The position numbers were made by a program, and so were the translations under genes. DNA of 64,000 bases from NCBI GenBank assembly GCA_027592785.1, contig JAQCLD010000008.1, positions 3,955 through 67,954 on the forward strand. Reading direction: 5' to 3'. Source of the stretch: Acidobacteriota bacterium. GTDB lineage: Bacteria > Acidobacteriota > Terriglobia > Bryobacterales > UBA6623. Below are positions 38,759 through 49,348 of the stretch, piece by piece. How positions within the stretch are numbered: position 1 is the first letter of the stretch; each line of letters opens with the position of its first letter. Under the pieces are notes generated by a model. That model did not search any database. It was given only the letters and a program-made list of their open reading frames with translations, and was not told the DNA's origin.

Positions 38759-40123
38759 TCACCGTATTGCCCATATCGGCTCAGTGTTCTTCCCTTGGGT
38801 TGTCAGTCTACGCGGTTGTCCGCCGTCTGCTCTCATCGTCCATAACTGTGTTCCGCCAGAACGATTCGAATCGAATACGATGTGCGTACCGCTCGGCGAG
38901 AACACCGGGTGCTCGTTGCGGCCAGCCCCGTGCGTCAGTTGCACGAGCTGTTGCGAGGCGACGTTCATGACAAAGATATTGTAGTTCCCCGGCTCGAACC
39001 CGCGGGTCCACGAAAACGCTATTTGTTCGCCTTTCGGATCCCAGGCTGCCTGCACCGCGTCTCCTTCTCCGCCGGACAGCTTGCGCACGTTCGCTCCGTC
39101 GATGTCCATCAGGTAAATCTGCGGTATTCCCGATCGGCCGCTGGTGAAAGCGATCTGCGAACCGGTTTTAGGATTCACAACAGGATCAACATCGATTGTT
39201 CGTGAATACGATATCCTGCGCAGATTTCTACCGTCAAGGTCGGCCATGTACAATTGCGTCGGTCCTGCCATCGAAGAAGCGTAGACCAGCGACTTTCCAT
39301 CGGCTAGGAAATCCGGCGTCGTATTCAGCGAAGCGTCCTGATTATAGAAGGTTAGCTTCCTTCCGGTTTCGAGCGAGTGGATATAAATCTTCGGCTGACC
39401 CTCCACAAAAGTCGTAAACGCCAGGCGCGTTCCATCCGGCGAAACCGCCGGGGTCATCACGATGTTCTTGTAATTCGTGTGCTGCTTCAAGTTCTGCCCG
39501 TCGTAGTCCATCGACCAGATTTCGGGGAATCCCGAGCGGTCGGAGCGAAAGTAGATCCGTGAGCCGGCCAACCCCGTACCGAGTCCCAGGCTCTGCAAGA
39601 TGTCGCGCGAAAAGTCGTGGGCGATCGTTTGAGCGCCCTTCTCATCTAGAGTGCCGTAGTAGCGCTTGCCGAAGACATACGCCGCCTGGACCGGCTCAAG
39701 AGTCGCGTCATAGACAAAGCCGTTGAGGACGAGCCTGTCGCTTGACTGCTCAAGAGCACCGAAGACCAAGTAACGCGCCGACACCGGCGGGTCTGACCAG
39801 CCGACCAGCCAGAGTCCGCGGTCGCCCGGATCGACCGGCAAATTGTCGCCGGTCGGTTGGATGTCCTCCGCCCGGCGCGGAGCTGTACGTGGATAGAAAC
39901 TCTTCGACACCATCCTGAGCTGGCCCGACGCGTCCAGGTCGTTCCATAGAGTGGTGTTGAACGTCGACTCGTTCTCCGTGCCCACCAGCCCGCGAATATC
40001 GGGCACGGCAATCGACGGCATCTGGCCGCCGCTGCGCACAATGCCGCGGAAGTCCGGCTCCTGTGCGGAGGCGACGGCAGCAAGGGCGAAGAGGAGCGTG
40101 AATAGGGTTTTTTGAAGTTTCAT
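38759..40123 (-). CDS. tolB: TolB beta-propeller protein
   Basis: PSIAVPD, LWNDL, PD40 repeats (SPDGTRLAF, FTSGRSG, FDSNRSG); operon position. Confidence 0.9.
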   Translation of the reverse strand: MKLQKTLFTLLFALAAVASAQEPDFRGIVRSGGQMPSIAVPDIRGLVGTENESTFNTTLWNDLDASGQLRMVSKSFYPRTAPRRAEDIQPTGDNLPVDPGDRGLWLVGWSDPPVSARYLVFGALEQSSDRLVLNGFVYDATLEPVQAAYVFGKRYYGTLDEKGAQTIAHDFSRDILQSLGLGTGLAGSRIYFRSDRSGFPEIWSMDYDGQNLKQHTNYKNIVMTPAVSPDGTRLAFTTFVEGQPKIYIHSLETGRKLTFYNQDASLNTTPDFLADGKSLVYASSMAGPTQLYMADLDGRNLRRISYSRTIDVDPVVNPKTGSQIAFTSGRSGIPQIYLMDIDGANVRKLSGGEGDAVQAAWDPKGEQIAFSWTRGFEPGNYNIFVMNVASQQLVQLTHGAGRNEHPVFSPSGTHIVFDSNRSGGTQLWTMRADGGQPRRLTTQGKNTEPIWAIR

Positions 40124-40911
40124 CACTGCAACTGAAAGAACATTTCTACAACGATAGACGATCGTCCGAGTCCCGGCGGTAGCGGCCGAAACGGCGATAT
40201 TCCCAGCACCGCGCGCTGCGCCGTATAGTCCACGCTGCGATTGCCGCTGGAACCGGCCAGCTTGATGTCGCGGATGGACCCATCGCGCAGGATCGTGAAG
40301 CGCACGACGGCCGGATTCGTCGCGTCTCCCGAGGCCTGCCCCAGGGTTCGCCGCCATGACTCGCCTAGCGCCCTCTGCAACGCCTCGGAGTACCAAGCGA
40401 AACCTTGGCCGAAGGGGTTCGACCCGGTCAGGCCGACGCCAGAACCTGCCTCCGGTTGCGTGCCGCTGAAGATGGGGCTGGCCGCCTGTGCGCCGGTCGT
40501 CGAACGAATCTCGTTCGGTTTCTGCACCGGGGCCGACTTCTGCACCGCCGTCGCCGGGGGCCTCTTGGGCGGAGCTGGCTGGGCGATGGCCACCGCGTTG
40601 GGCGGCTCGACCTCAATCTCTGGTGCCGGAGGAGCCGGCTTATCCGGCGCGGCAGGCACCTGATGCTCCACCGGATTTGCCACCGGGTTCCGCGGCGCCG
40701 TCGGCACGTTCAGCGGGATGCCGTCCACCACGTTGACCGTCAGCGCGCCGCCCATCGTTCCGTCGACGTCGCCAAACTGAAACGGCGGCGGCGAAAAGAA
40801 GCCCCAGGCCAGGATCACAACCGCCAAGGCCGCGTGGCACGACGCCGAGACAACCACAGGCTGCTTCAGCCGCTCGCGTCCTTCATCCGCTGCTTCGATG
40901 TGAATCCTCAT
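40123..40911 (-). CDS. tolA: TolA/TonB C-terminal domain protein
   Basis: TM helix with S..H, Pro-rich linker, VRFTILRDGSI..SSGNRSVD..PFRPLP. Confidence 0.8.
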   Translation of the reverse strand: MRIHIEAADEGRERLKQPVVVSASCHAALAVVILAWGFFSPPPFQFGDVDGTMGGALTVNVVDGIPLNVPTAPRNPVANPVEHQVPAAPDKPAPPAPEIEVEPPNAVAIAQPAPPKRPPATAVQKSAPVQKPNEIRSTTGAQAASPIFSGTQPEAGSGVGLTGSNPFGQGFAWYSEALQRALGESWRRTLGQASGDATNPAVVRFTILRDGSIRDIKLAGSSGNRSVDYTAQRAVLGISPFRPLPPGLGRSSIVVEMFFQLQ

Positions 40912-41345
40912 TGCGGAGCGTTCTTCTCCAGCGGTTTGGTCACCATCGCCACTTCAATCTTTTCGCGACCGCAGGCCTGCACAATCGGCGCAATCACTTC
41001 CCAAGGCACGCTCTTGTGCGCGCGCAGATAGATTCCCGGCTTGTGCGCTTCGCTCCAAGTGAAGTTACTGTCCGCCAGTACTCGCGCGGCGAGTTCGTTC
41101 GGAGCGATCGCCTCGGTGTTGTAAAAGACGCCGCCCTCGGCCGTAACGTTCACAAACGGAAAATCTTCGGGCGTAGTCGCCACTTCGCGCGTGTTCGGAA
41201 CTTCGATCGCCAGGCCAAAATCGAACATGCCCGCCGTAATCATGAAAATGATCAACAGCACCAGCACCACATCGACGAAGGGCGTGACGTTGATCGCCGC
41301 CATGGGCTCGTCGTCGCGCCTGCCGTTGTTGATCGAAAAAGCCAT
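40908..41345 (-). CDS. TolR/ExbD family protein
   Basis: INVTPFVDVVLVLLIIFMIT. Confidence 0.9.
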   Translation of the reverse strand: MAFSINNGRRDDEPMAAINVTPFVDVVLVLLIIFMITAGMFDFGLAIEVPNTREVATTPEDFPFVNVTAEGGVFYNTEAIAPNELAARVLADSNFTWSEAHKPGIYLRAHKSVPWEVIAPIVQACGREKIEVAMVTKPLEKNAPQ

Positions 41346-41351
41346 CGCTGC

Positions 41352-41774
41352 CTAGCTCGGATTCCTCGTCAGCGGTCTCGACACCAAATTCACTTCGACG
41401 CCTTGCGCACGGCATTCGGCCAGTACCTGCGCCACGATCTCGTAGGAAGCCAGCTTGTGGATCTGCAAGTAAATCTCCGGCGCCGTCGAGTTCGAACTCT
41501 TGGCCTGCTCGGGAATCGCGTAGATATTCACCTCGCGGCCGTCGTAAAACAGTCGTCCCGTCGAGGCGATCTGCACCACGTTCGGCTTCGACGGCCTCGT
41601 CGCCGTCGCCGTCGTCGTTGGCGGGACGCCCACCCGCATGCCGAACTCCACAACCGCCGCCGTGATCATAAAAATGATCAGCAAGACCAACACCACGTCG
41701 ACAAACGGCGTGACGTTAATCTCCGCTAACGGTTCGTCCTCAGCGGGCCTGCCGCGTCTTTTCATGAACGACAT
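41352..41774 (-). CDS. TolR/ExbD family protein (second paralog)
   Basis: EINVTPFVDVVLVLLIIFMITA. Confidence 0.9.
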   Translation of the reverse strand: MSFMKRRGRPAEDEPLAEINVTPFVDVVLVLLIIFMITAAVVEFGMRVGVPPTTTATATRPSKPNVVQIASTGRLFYDGREVNIYAIPEQAKSSNSTAPEIYLQIHKLASYEIVAQVLAECRAQGVEVNLVSRPLTRNPS

Positions 41775-42528
41775 CGTCTTCCCCGTAGTCGCGTTCGGCC
41801 AGGTTGTAAAACTCCAGCCCGAAGTCTTCCATGCGCGTGCGGATCTCCCGGATGCGCTGCGAAAACACGTTGTAGAAAACCAGCGCAGGTATGGCTGCAA
41901 ACAGGCCGAACGCCGTGGCGATCAACGCTTCGGCAATTCCCGGCGCGACTGCTCGCAGCGTCGCCCCGCCCGCTTCGCCCAGTCCGCGGAAAGCGTCCAG
42001 GACGCCCCAGACGGTGCCGAACAGGCCGATGAACGGCGTCGCCGAAGCCGTCGTCGCCAGCCAGCCCATGTTCTGTTGTAAGCGCGAGGTCTCCTCGCTG
42101 GCCGCCAGCGTCATCACTCGCTCCAGCATGTCGCTGTTGCGCAGCGCGCCGTACTTGTTCACCTGGCGGGCGAGTTCCTCGTAGCCGAACTCAAACACCG
42201 ACACCAACGGCGCTGGACGGTACTGCTCAGCTGCAGCGTTCATCTCACTCATCTTGGCGACCCGCCGGAAAGCCTTCAAGAAGGAAGAATCCTTGCGGTT
42301 GGCGTCGCGCAATAGACCGTACTTGGAGAACGCGATCGCCCACGAAAGGACCGAGAAACCTAACAGGATCAGCAAAACCAGCTGGGCGAACGGTCCGGCC
42401 ATCCAGACCATGTCAAACAGGCCGGAGCCGATGGGACTGGCGATCTCCTCGCCGTCAACTGGTATTTCGGTTTCCGCAACTTCTTGCGCGGCTTGCAGCA
42501 AGAGGGCAAAAAGAGTCGTTGTATACAA
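41740..42528 (-). CDS. tolQ: TolQ/ExbB proton channel protein
   Basis: TPFIGLFGTVWG, VAPGIAEALIATAFGLFAAIPA; TTG start with GAGGAG SD. Confidence 0.9.
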   Translation of the reverse strand: MYTTTLFALLLQAAQEVAETEIPVDGEEIASPIGSGLFDMVWMAGPFAQLVLLILLGFSVLSWAIAFSKYGLLRDANRKDSSFLKAFRRVAKMSEMNAAAEQYRPAPLVSVFEFGYEELARQVNKYGALRNSDMLERVMTLAASEETSRLQQNMGWLATTASATPFIGLFGTVWGVLDAFRGLGEAGGATLRAVAPGIAEALIATAFGLFAAIPALVFYNVFSQRIREIRTRMEDFGLEFYNLAERDYGEDDVVHEKTRQAR

Positions 42529-42757
42529 GGCTCTCCTCTCGTCCGAGTACGCCGTTGCGGGGGGGCGGCGCGTTCTACTTGTCACTGGCGGCGTCGGTTG
42601 CGGGGCACGACGCCTACTGCCCTCATAAAGGGCTTTCAGAACGAATCGGTACTGTTGAATCTAACACATATAATGGAGCGGACGTCTTGTCCATGGACGC
42701 TCGGCTGATTCACATCGTTTCGCCGCTAGCCATCTTTTTCGCAGGGCGATCGCGTCG

Positions 42758-44446
42758 ATGCTTCACGAACTTCAAATCGACAACTTCGCCGTCGTCGACC
42801 GGCTGAAGGTTAACTTCCGCAAAGGTCTCAACCTGCTCACCGGCGAGACCGGCAGCGGCAAATCGATCGTCGTCGGCGCTCTCTCGCTGCTGATGGGCGG
42901 ACGCGGCGGCGCGGATGTTGTCCGCGAAGGGGCCGAGCGAGCTCGCATTTGCGGCGTCTTTGAACCCCAGCCGACCGTGGAACTCATCGATCTGCTCGAC
43001 CAGGCCGGCTTCGAATTGGAGGACGGCGAACTCATTGTCGAGCGCCAGGTGGCCGCTTCAGGCAAGAGCCGTTGCTATATCAACGGACGCCCGGCGACGC
43101 AGACCTTCCTACGCGAACTAGCCCTGCATCTGTGCGACATCCACGGCCAGTTCGATCAGCAAAAGCTCTTTTCCGCCGCCGAGCAGATGGCCCTGCTCGA
43201 TCAGTTCGCCGGTCTCGACGAAGCCGTCCGCGCGGTCGGGGCCTTCTACACGGTCTGGCGCGACCTGCGCAAGAAGCTCGACTCGCTGCGCGGCGACGAG
43301 CAGGAGCGCCTACGACAGCTCGATCTTTACCGCTATCAGCACCAAGAAATCGAAGGCGCCCGCCTCGATCCCGACGAAGAAGACCGCCTGCGAGCTGACC
43401 GCAAGAAGCTGCAAAACCTCACCCGGCTGCGCGAAGACGCCTCAACCGCCTACAACGCGCTCTATGAGTCGGCCGAATCAGTCGCCGCACAACTCAAGAC
43501 CGCCATCAAGGCCGTCGAGTCCCTCGCCGCGGTCGACCCAACTTTCTCGGCGCTCCCCAAAGCCCTCACAGACGCCCAGGCGACGGTCCAGGACGCCGGC
43601 TTCGAACTGCAAAGCTATCTCGACGCCCTCGAGGACGAGCCCGGCCGTCTCGAGACGATCGAAGACCGACTCGCGGACATCGAAAAGCTCAAGCGCAAGT
43701 ACGGCCCCACCCTTGCCGACGTCATCGCCTACGGCGCCGAGGTCGCCGCCAAAGTCGAAGAGTTGTCCTCCAGCGAAAAGACCGCCGAGCAGGTCGAGAA
43801 GCGTCTCGCTCAGGCCGGCAGCGACTACCTGGCCGCTGCGACCAAATTATCGAGCGCCCGGCGCAAGGCAGCCGATGGCCTCGAAACGCAGGTCGAGACG
43901 GAGCTGAATCAACTGGCCATGCCCAAGGCCCGCTTCGCCGTTGCCCAAGAGCCGTCGCAGGACGCAAGCGGTTGGACGTCTGCGGGCATCGATCGCATCC
44001 GCTATGACTTCTCCGCGAACCCCGGTCAGCAGCTCAAACCGCTTGCCCAGGTCGCTTCCGGCGGAGAACTCTCGCGCGTCACGCTGGCCATCAAGACTTG
44101 CCTCAAGCCCGAAACCGGCGCCCACATGCCCAGAACACTCGTCTTCGATGAGATCGACACAGGAGTCGGCGGACGCGTCGCCGAAGCCATTGGCCGCCGC
44201 CTCAGACGCCTCGCGGCCTCCGACCAGGTGCTCTGCGTCACCCACTTGCCGCAAATCGCCGGCTTCGCTGACGCCCACTATGTCGTTGAGAAGACAGCCC
44301 ACAAAGGCGCTACTTTCGCCACCGTCGTCGAACTCGCCGACAAGCAGCGGGTAACCGAACTGGCCCGCATGCTCTCAGGCGAAGAAGTCACCCCCGCCGC
44401 CCTCGCCAACGCCCGCCAACTACTCAAATCCACCGCCAAAGCCTAG
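42758..44446 (+). CDS. recN: DNA repair protein RecN
   Basis: TGETGSGKS, DIHGQ, ASGGELSR, FDEIDTGVGG, VTHLPQIA, ELARML. Confidence 0.97.
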   Translation: MLHELQIDNFAVVDRLKVNFRKGLNLLTGETGSGKSIVVGALSLLMGGRGGADVVREGAERARICGVFEPQPTVELIDLLDQAGFELEDGELIVERQVAASGKSRCYINGRPATQTFLRELALHLCDIHGQFDQQKLFSAAEQMALLDQFAGLDEAVRAVGAFYTVWRDLRKKLDSLRGDEQERLRQLDLYRYQHQEIEGARLDPDEEDRLRADRKKLQNLTRLREDASTAYNALYESAESVAAQLKTAIKAVESLAAVDPTFSALPKALTDAQATVQDAGFELQSYLDALEDEPGRLETIEDRLADIEKLKRKYGPTLADVIAYGAEVAAKVEELSSSEKTAEQVEKRLAQAGSDYLAAATKLSSARRKAADGLETQVETELNQLAMPKARFAVAQEPSQDASGWTSAGIDRIRYDFSANPGQQLKPLAQVASGGELSRVTLAIKTCLKPETGAHMPRTLVFDEIDTGVGGRVAEAIGRRLRRLAASDQVLCVTHLPQIAGFADAHYVVEKTAHKGATFATVVELADKQRVTELARMLSGEEVTPAALANARQLLKSTAKA

Positions 44447-44453
44447 CATCCGA

Positions 44454-44486
44454 TCCGAACCCCAAACGCCAGTGAGGGGCCTCTTC
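44454..44486. repeat. 33-bp dispersed repeat; second copy at 60544-60576 (1 mismatch)
   Basis: TCCGAACCCCAAACGCCAGTGA(G/A)GGGCCTCTTC at both intergenic sites. Confidence 0.8.
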
Positions 44487-44579
44487 GCGCCATTCCTGCT
44501 GAGGGTTTCGACGTAGAGCCGCCCCTTTTTTCCCAGCGGCGCCCTTCCGGGATCGCGGAACGGCCCTGATAATGGTTTT

Positions 44580-46697
44580 ATGGGCAACTCGGCCCAAGGA
44601 TTTGAGTTCAGCGATTGGAGTCTCCAGCGTCCCGGCGCCGGCAGGTCCTTCCTCGTCTCGCTGTGCGTCCATATCGTTGTTGTCGCAACAGCTTGGACCA
44701 TCAACCCGCGCCCTGTCGGCCGCTCTTTCCCGGAACCTCGCCTCGCCGATTTCCTCGACCCGTCTGAGCGAAAGATCGTTTGGTACCAGCCGCGGCAACA
44801 AATGCCCGCTATTGCGCCCGCCGAGCAATCAACGCCGCAGACCTCCGAGCCTGAGCAGGCGCGTTTCGAGATGCCCCAGAGGGTCACCGCCAGCGACCCG
44901 AATCCTGACAGCCTGCAGAGTATGGTTCGCAGCGATCGTCCAGACATCGAGTTGCCGCCGGACGTCAAGCTTCCCAACCTCGTTTCCTGGAAGGCGCCGG
45001 AGGTCGAGCGACCCCGCTTCGAGCCGACTGAGCCGCAGCTTGTCGCACCTTCGACCGAAGGGCTACCGGTTCTCGAACCGCCCAAGATCGAAGCCTCCGT
45101 GCCGACCGACTTGAGCGTCGCCGAACTCCAGCAGCTTGCCCGATTGCGTTATCAACAACAGCAAGAGCAGCGTCAAACTCCTCAGCAGCAGGCGTTGCAG
45201 GCCGAGATCCTCGCCCTCGAAGTTCAAGCGCAGACCTCGCCGCTTGACGCCTCGCAGTTTCAACAGCTCGCCCGTCTGCGCTATCAAGCCGAGCAGCAGG
45301 CCCGCGCTAATCCGGCGAGGGAAGCGCTGCCCAGTGAATCCGCCCCTGACATTCGTGCGCAAGGGACCGTTGCGGTCGACGTCGCCGAACTGCAGCAGCT
45401 CTCCCGCCTGCGCTATCAGGGCGGCAACGAGCGACCCCAAGCCGCGCCGCAACGAACGGCCCTCGACGCCAACGCCCCCGTGCTCTCGACGGCCCCCGTC
45501 GCCCCCGGCGTCGCGGTCGACGTCTCACAATTCCAGGAACTCGCCCGGCTGCGTTATCAGGCGGGTCGTGGGGGTGAAGCGAGAAGCGCTCCAGAGAGGC
45601 AAGCGCTGGCCGACGCCGTTGGCGGACAGGCCGCCCAAATCGAGCAATTGGCGACGGCATCAGGCGGCTCGGGCATCGATGTTTCTGAACTTCAACAGCT
45701 TTCGCGCCTTCGCTATCAACAGGCACAGGGAGGGGCCGGCTCACAGCGGGCTTCCGCTCCCTCCGCGCCTGCCTTGGGCGAAGTTGTCGGCGGCGCTGCA
45801 CCGGCCATTGGCGGCGTAGCCCCACCCGCTGGGGGCGTGCCCTTCGGAGCGCCCTCCATTGACCTGCCTTCCGCGCCCCCCGCGAGCCTAGGAGCGGCCG
45901 GCGGCGACCAGTCCGGCGGCACCGGCGGCGATATCAATCTGGTCGCCGTCGGGGTCAAACCCGCTGATCGCCTGCCTGAGGATCTGCCTGCCGGTTCCCG
46001 GCGCGGCGCGTTTACAGCCGGCCCCGATGCGGGCGAAGGGCGCGGTGCAACCTGAAACGGAGCCCCTGTCCGCGTGCCGAACCTAGCTATTGACGGTCCT
46101 ACGCGAGCCAACTCCCAGCCGGCTGGAGCAGGCGGGGACGGCAACGATCTGCTGTCCATGCTGACGCGCCACGGTTCCATACGAGACGGACAGGCTCCAC
46201 CGCCCGACATCGATATCGTTTACAACGAAAAGCCCATCGATATCGACAATCCGTTCGTCGGCCGTCCCGTGTACACCATGGCCGTCAACATGCCCAACGT
46301 CACCAGCTACCGCGGCGACTGGGTCCTGCAATTTGCGGAGCTCAGCGAACCGGTCGAGGGCGAGTCGAACGACGAGATCGAGCAACGTCTTTCCTCAACT
46401 GACCACGAGCTGACGCCGCCGTTCCCGCTCGTCAAGGTCGATCCCAAATACGTCGCCAGCGCGATCCGCGAGCAAGTACAAGGTATCGTCGTCTTCCACG
46501 GCTTCATTTCCGAAGACGGCGTCCTCTCCAAGCTGCGCTTGGTCCGCGGCGTCGACGAACGGCTCGACGACGCCGCCAGCGAAGCGTTGGCCAAGTGGGT
46601 ATTTCGCGCGGCTATGAAGAACGGCGAGGCCGTCGCCGTCGAAAGCCTCATCCGCATCCCCTTCCGTCTCGACCCATCCGTCAAGATGCGCTATTGA
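44580..46697 (+). pseudogene. TonB-family energy transducer with internal repeats, interrupted by one in-frame TGA at 46053-46055
   Basis: N-terminal TM with SLCVH; C-terminal TonB domain (KVDPKY..GIVVF..ISEDG..DERLDDAASEALAKWVFRAAMKNG) in the same frame beyond GAT*NGAPVRVPNL. Confidence 0.8.
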
Positions 46698-46730
46698 TAG
46701 TCGGAGCGCCGTACTCCCGGTGCGACTCCG

Positions 46731-47417
46731 ATGGAAACGCAATACCTGCTCATCGATGCCGACGACACGTTGTGGGAAAACAACGTCTACTTCGAGCGCG
46801 CATTCGACGAATTCGTCGATTTCCTCGGCCATTCCCGACTAGCGCCCGATGAAGTGCGCGAGATCCTCGACGAAATCGAACTCGACAACGTTGCCCAGCA
46901 CGGCTACGGCTCAAAGAGCTTCGGGCGCAATCTGTTGCAGTGCTTCGAGCGGCTCGCCGAGCGGACCTACGCCGACCACGATCTAGAGAACGTCATCCAG
47001 ATCGCCGACCGCATCATGCACCATCCGATCGATGTCATCGTGGGCGTCCGCGACACGCTCGAGTATCTAACCGCAAGGCACCATCTGACCTTATTCACCA
47101 AAGGTCATTCCGAGGAACAGCTGCTCAAGTTCGAGCGCTCCTCTCTAGGCCCCTACTTTCACGGCGTTGAAGTCGTTCGCGAGAAAGACGCCGCCGCCTA
47201 TCGCGAGATCGTCGAGCGCGCCCAGATGACTCCTGAGCGCACCTGGATGGTAGGCAACAGTCCCAAGTCCGACATTCACCCCGCGCTCGAAGCCGGGCTG
47301 CGCGCGGTTTTCGTTCCCCACCAGCACACCTGGTCGCTGGAGATCGTCGACCTCCCCGCGCCGTCGGAGCGCTTCCATATGGTCGATTGTTTCGCCGACC
47401 TCAGCCGCATGTTCTAG
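46731..47417 (+). CDS. HAD family hydrolase
   Basis: IDADDTLWEN, TKG, MVGNSPKSDI. Confidence 0.92.
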   Translation: METQYLLIDADDTLWENNVYFERAFDEFVDFLGHSRLAPDEVREILDEIELDNVAQHGYGSKSFGRNLLQCFERLAERTYADHDLENVIQIADRIMHHPIDVIVGVRDTLEYLTARHHLTLFTKGHSEEQLLKFERSSLGPYFHGVEVVREKDAAAYREIVERAQMTPERTWMVGNSPKSDIHPALEAGLRAVFVPHQHTWSLEIVDLPAPSERFHMVDCFADLSRMF

Positions 47418-47968
47418 GCTGCTTGCTCGGGCTTGATGAATTTCCCCAGGATCGCCCCAGCGATACAGAAAGAGATGAATCCGTACAGCGCCTGAGAGAA
47501 CTTCCAACTCCAGGGGTAGCGCCACCAGACAGCATCGCCGAAATTGATCATCACCACCGCCGTGAGGCCCAGCAATGCCGCGAACACGACGCGATCGCTG
47601 TAATTCGGCAAAGCCGGCAAGGCCTTCTTCATCACCACAGAGAGCAAGAAGACCACCACAAGGTTCAGCACAAACCCTTGGCCCATCATCGCTGGGTCCT
47701 CCATCGGGTGACCCTCGCGAACGAAATTCACCATGGCGATCGGGCCTTCCGCGAACATCCGGGCCACGTCCTCCGGATCGTTATATGCGCCCGGTATCAA
47801 ATACATGCCTGTCGATGGGAAAAGTTCCAGCAGCGCTTGCCCCGCCGCTGCGTCCCCGTTAGTGGCCTTCAACGGCGCATACGGCGCCGACATCAGACCC
47901 CAATACACGAATCCCCACATGAAGATCGCGACAGTCGCGATTGCAGTTCCGATCAGTTGCTTCGTCAT
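47414..47968 (-). CDS. Membrane protein of unknown function
   Basis: Four hydrophobic helices; GGAGG SD. Confidence 0.75.
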   Translation of the reverse strand: MTKQLIGTAIATVAIFMWGFVYWGLMSAPYAPLKATNGDAAAGQALLELFPSTGMYLIPGAYNDPEDVARMFAEGPIAMVNFVREGHPMEDPAMMGQGFVLNLVVVFLLSVVMKKALPALPNYSDRVVFAALLGLTAVVMINFGDAVWWRYPWSWKFSQALYGFISFCIAGAILGKFIKPEQAA

Positions 47969-48178
47969 CGGCCAGTCCTCCCCAAGTTATCGTCAAATGA
48001 TAGGCAGGACCGACGCCAAGGTCAATCCCAGTCCAATCCGAGAGGTCTTCGGCGTCCTTCAGCACTGCAATCGCAGACGCAATGGTCAAGGCCATCCCAT
48101 CCTTACCTTGCGGATGTCGAGCTGCATGGCGTACGTGTCGGCATGGCAGAATAGGATGCTCAGCCGAGAGATTCCCTC

Positions 48179-49291
48179 ATGGCCGAAGCACTCAAGACCT
48201 TCTACGGCCCCCGCGTCATTGCCGAACTTGGACGCGACCTGGCAGCCGCCTATCCGCGCCTCGCCCGCCTTCGTTTTGAGGCCGACTGTCTGGCCGGCCT
48301 CGACCAACTCGAACTCATTGCCCGCGCCTGGCACATCGCCGAAACCATGCGTGCCCATCTGCCGCAGTCTTTCGAGAAAGCCGCCAAAGTTCTGCTCCGC
48401 AGCCTCGGCCCCGAATACGGCGGCGATCCCGAACTCAGCGGTATGGAAGCGTTCCGTTACATGCCTCACGTATGCTATGTCGGCAAGTACGGGCTCGATC
48501 ATTTTGAGCCTGCCATGCAACTGCAATACGAGCTGACTAAACGCTTCACCGCCGAGTTCAGCATTCGCGCCTACCTGGTCCGCCATCCGCAGCGAACCTA
48601 CGAGCGCCTGCGCAAATGGGCCCATGACCCCAACCACCACGTCCGCCGTCTCGTTAGTGAAGGGACCCGCCCGCGCCTGCCCTGGGCGCCGCGCCTGCGC
48701 GCCTTCCAAGAAGACCCCAAACCGGTCATCGCCCTCCTGCAGCTGCTCAAGGACGACCCGGAACTTTACGTCCGCCGCAGCGTCGCCAACAACCTCAACG
48801 ATATCGCCAAAGACCACCCCGATCTCGCCGTCCAAGTCTGCCGCGAGTGGAGTCGTGGCGCCGGCCCCGAGCGCAAGTGGATCGTTCGCCACGCCCTGCG
48901 CAGTCTAACCAAACAGGGCCACCCCCGCGCATTGGAGTTACAAGGATTCGGCGGCAAACCCAAAGTGGAAATCGCGAAGATCCGTTTTCAGCCCCAACGC
49001 CCGAAAATCGGCGAGTCCCTGAAGTTCCATTGCGAACTGGCAAGCACTGCGCGGAAGCAACAAACCCTGCTGATCGACTTCGCCGTGCATTTCGTCAAAG
49101 CCAACGGCGCCGCCTCACCGAAGGTCTTCAAACTCAAACAGTTAACGCTGCAGCCCGGCGAACGCACGCTGCTCAAGGGTTCCGTCTCCTTCAAGATTCT
49201 GACAACCCGCAAGCCGTATCCGGGCAGTCACAAGATAGAGCTGCTCGTAAACGGTGTTGCCTTTCCGCTTGGTCGCATACAAGTCGCCTAG
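48179..49291 (+). CDS. DNA alkylation repair protein (AlkC/AlkD-like HEAT repeat plus Ig domain)
   Basis: FTAEFSIR, HVRRLVSEGTRPRLPWA, YVRRSVANNLNDIAKDHP, TTRKPYPG. Confidence 0.9.
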   Translation: MAEALKTFYGPRVIAELGRDLAAAYPRLARLRFEADCLAGLDQLELIARAWHIAETMRAHLPQSFEKAAKVLLRSLGPEYGGDPELSGMEAFRYMPHVCYVGKYGLDHFEPAMQLQYELTKRFTAEFSIRAYLVRHPQRTYERLRKWAHDPNHHVRRLVSEGTRPRLPWAPRLRAFQEDPKPVIALLQLLKDDPELYVRRSVANNLNDIAKDHPDLAVQVCREWSRGAGPERKWIVRHALRSLTKQGHPRALELQGFGGKPKVEIAKIRFQPQRPKIGESLKFHCELASTARKQQTLLIDFAVHFVKANGAASPKVFKLKQLTLQPGERTLLKGSVSFKILTTRKPYPGSHKIELLVNGVAFPLGRIQVA

Positions 49292-49348
49292 CAGGCTGAA
49301 ACAGCGACCGCCCTCCTGGCTTGGTCCGTGCGGGCGTTCTCTTGTGAA

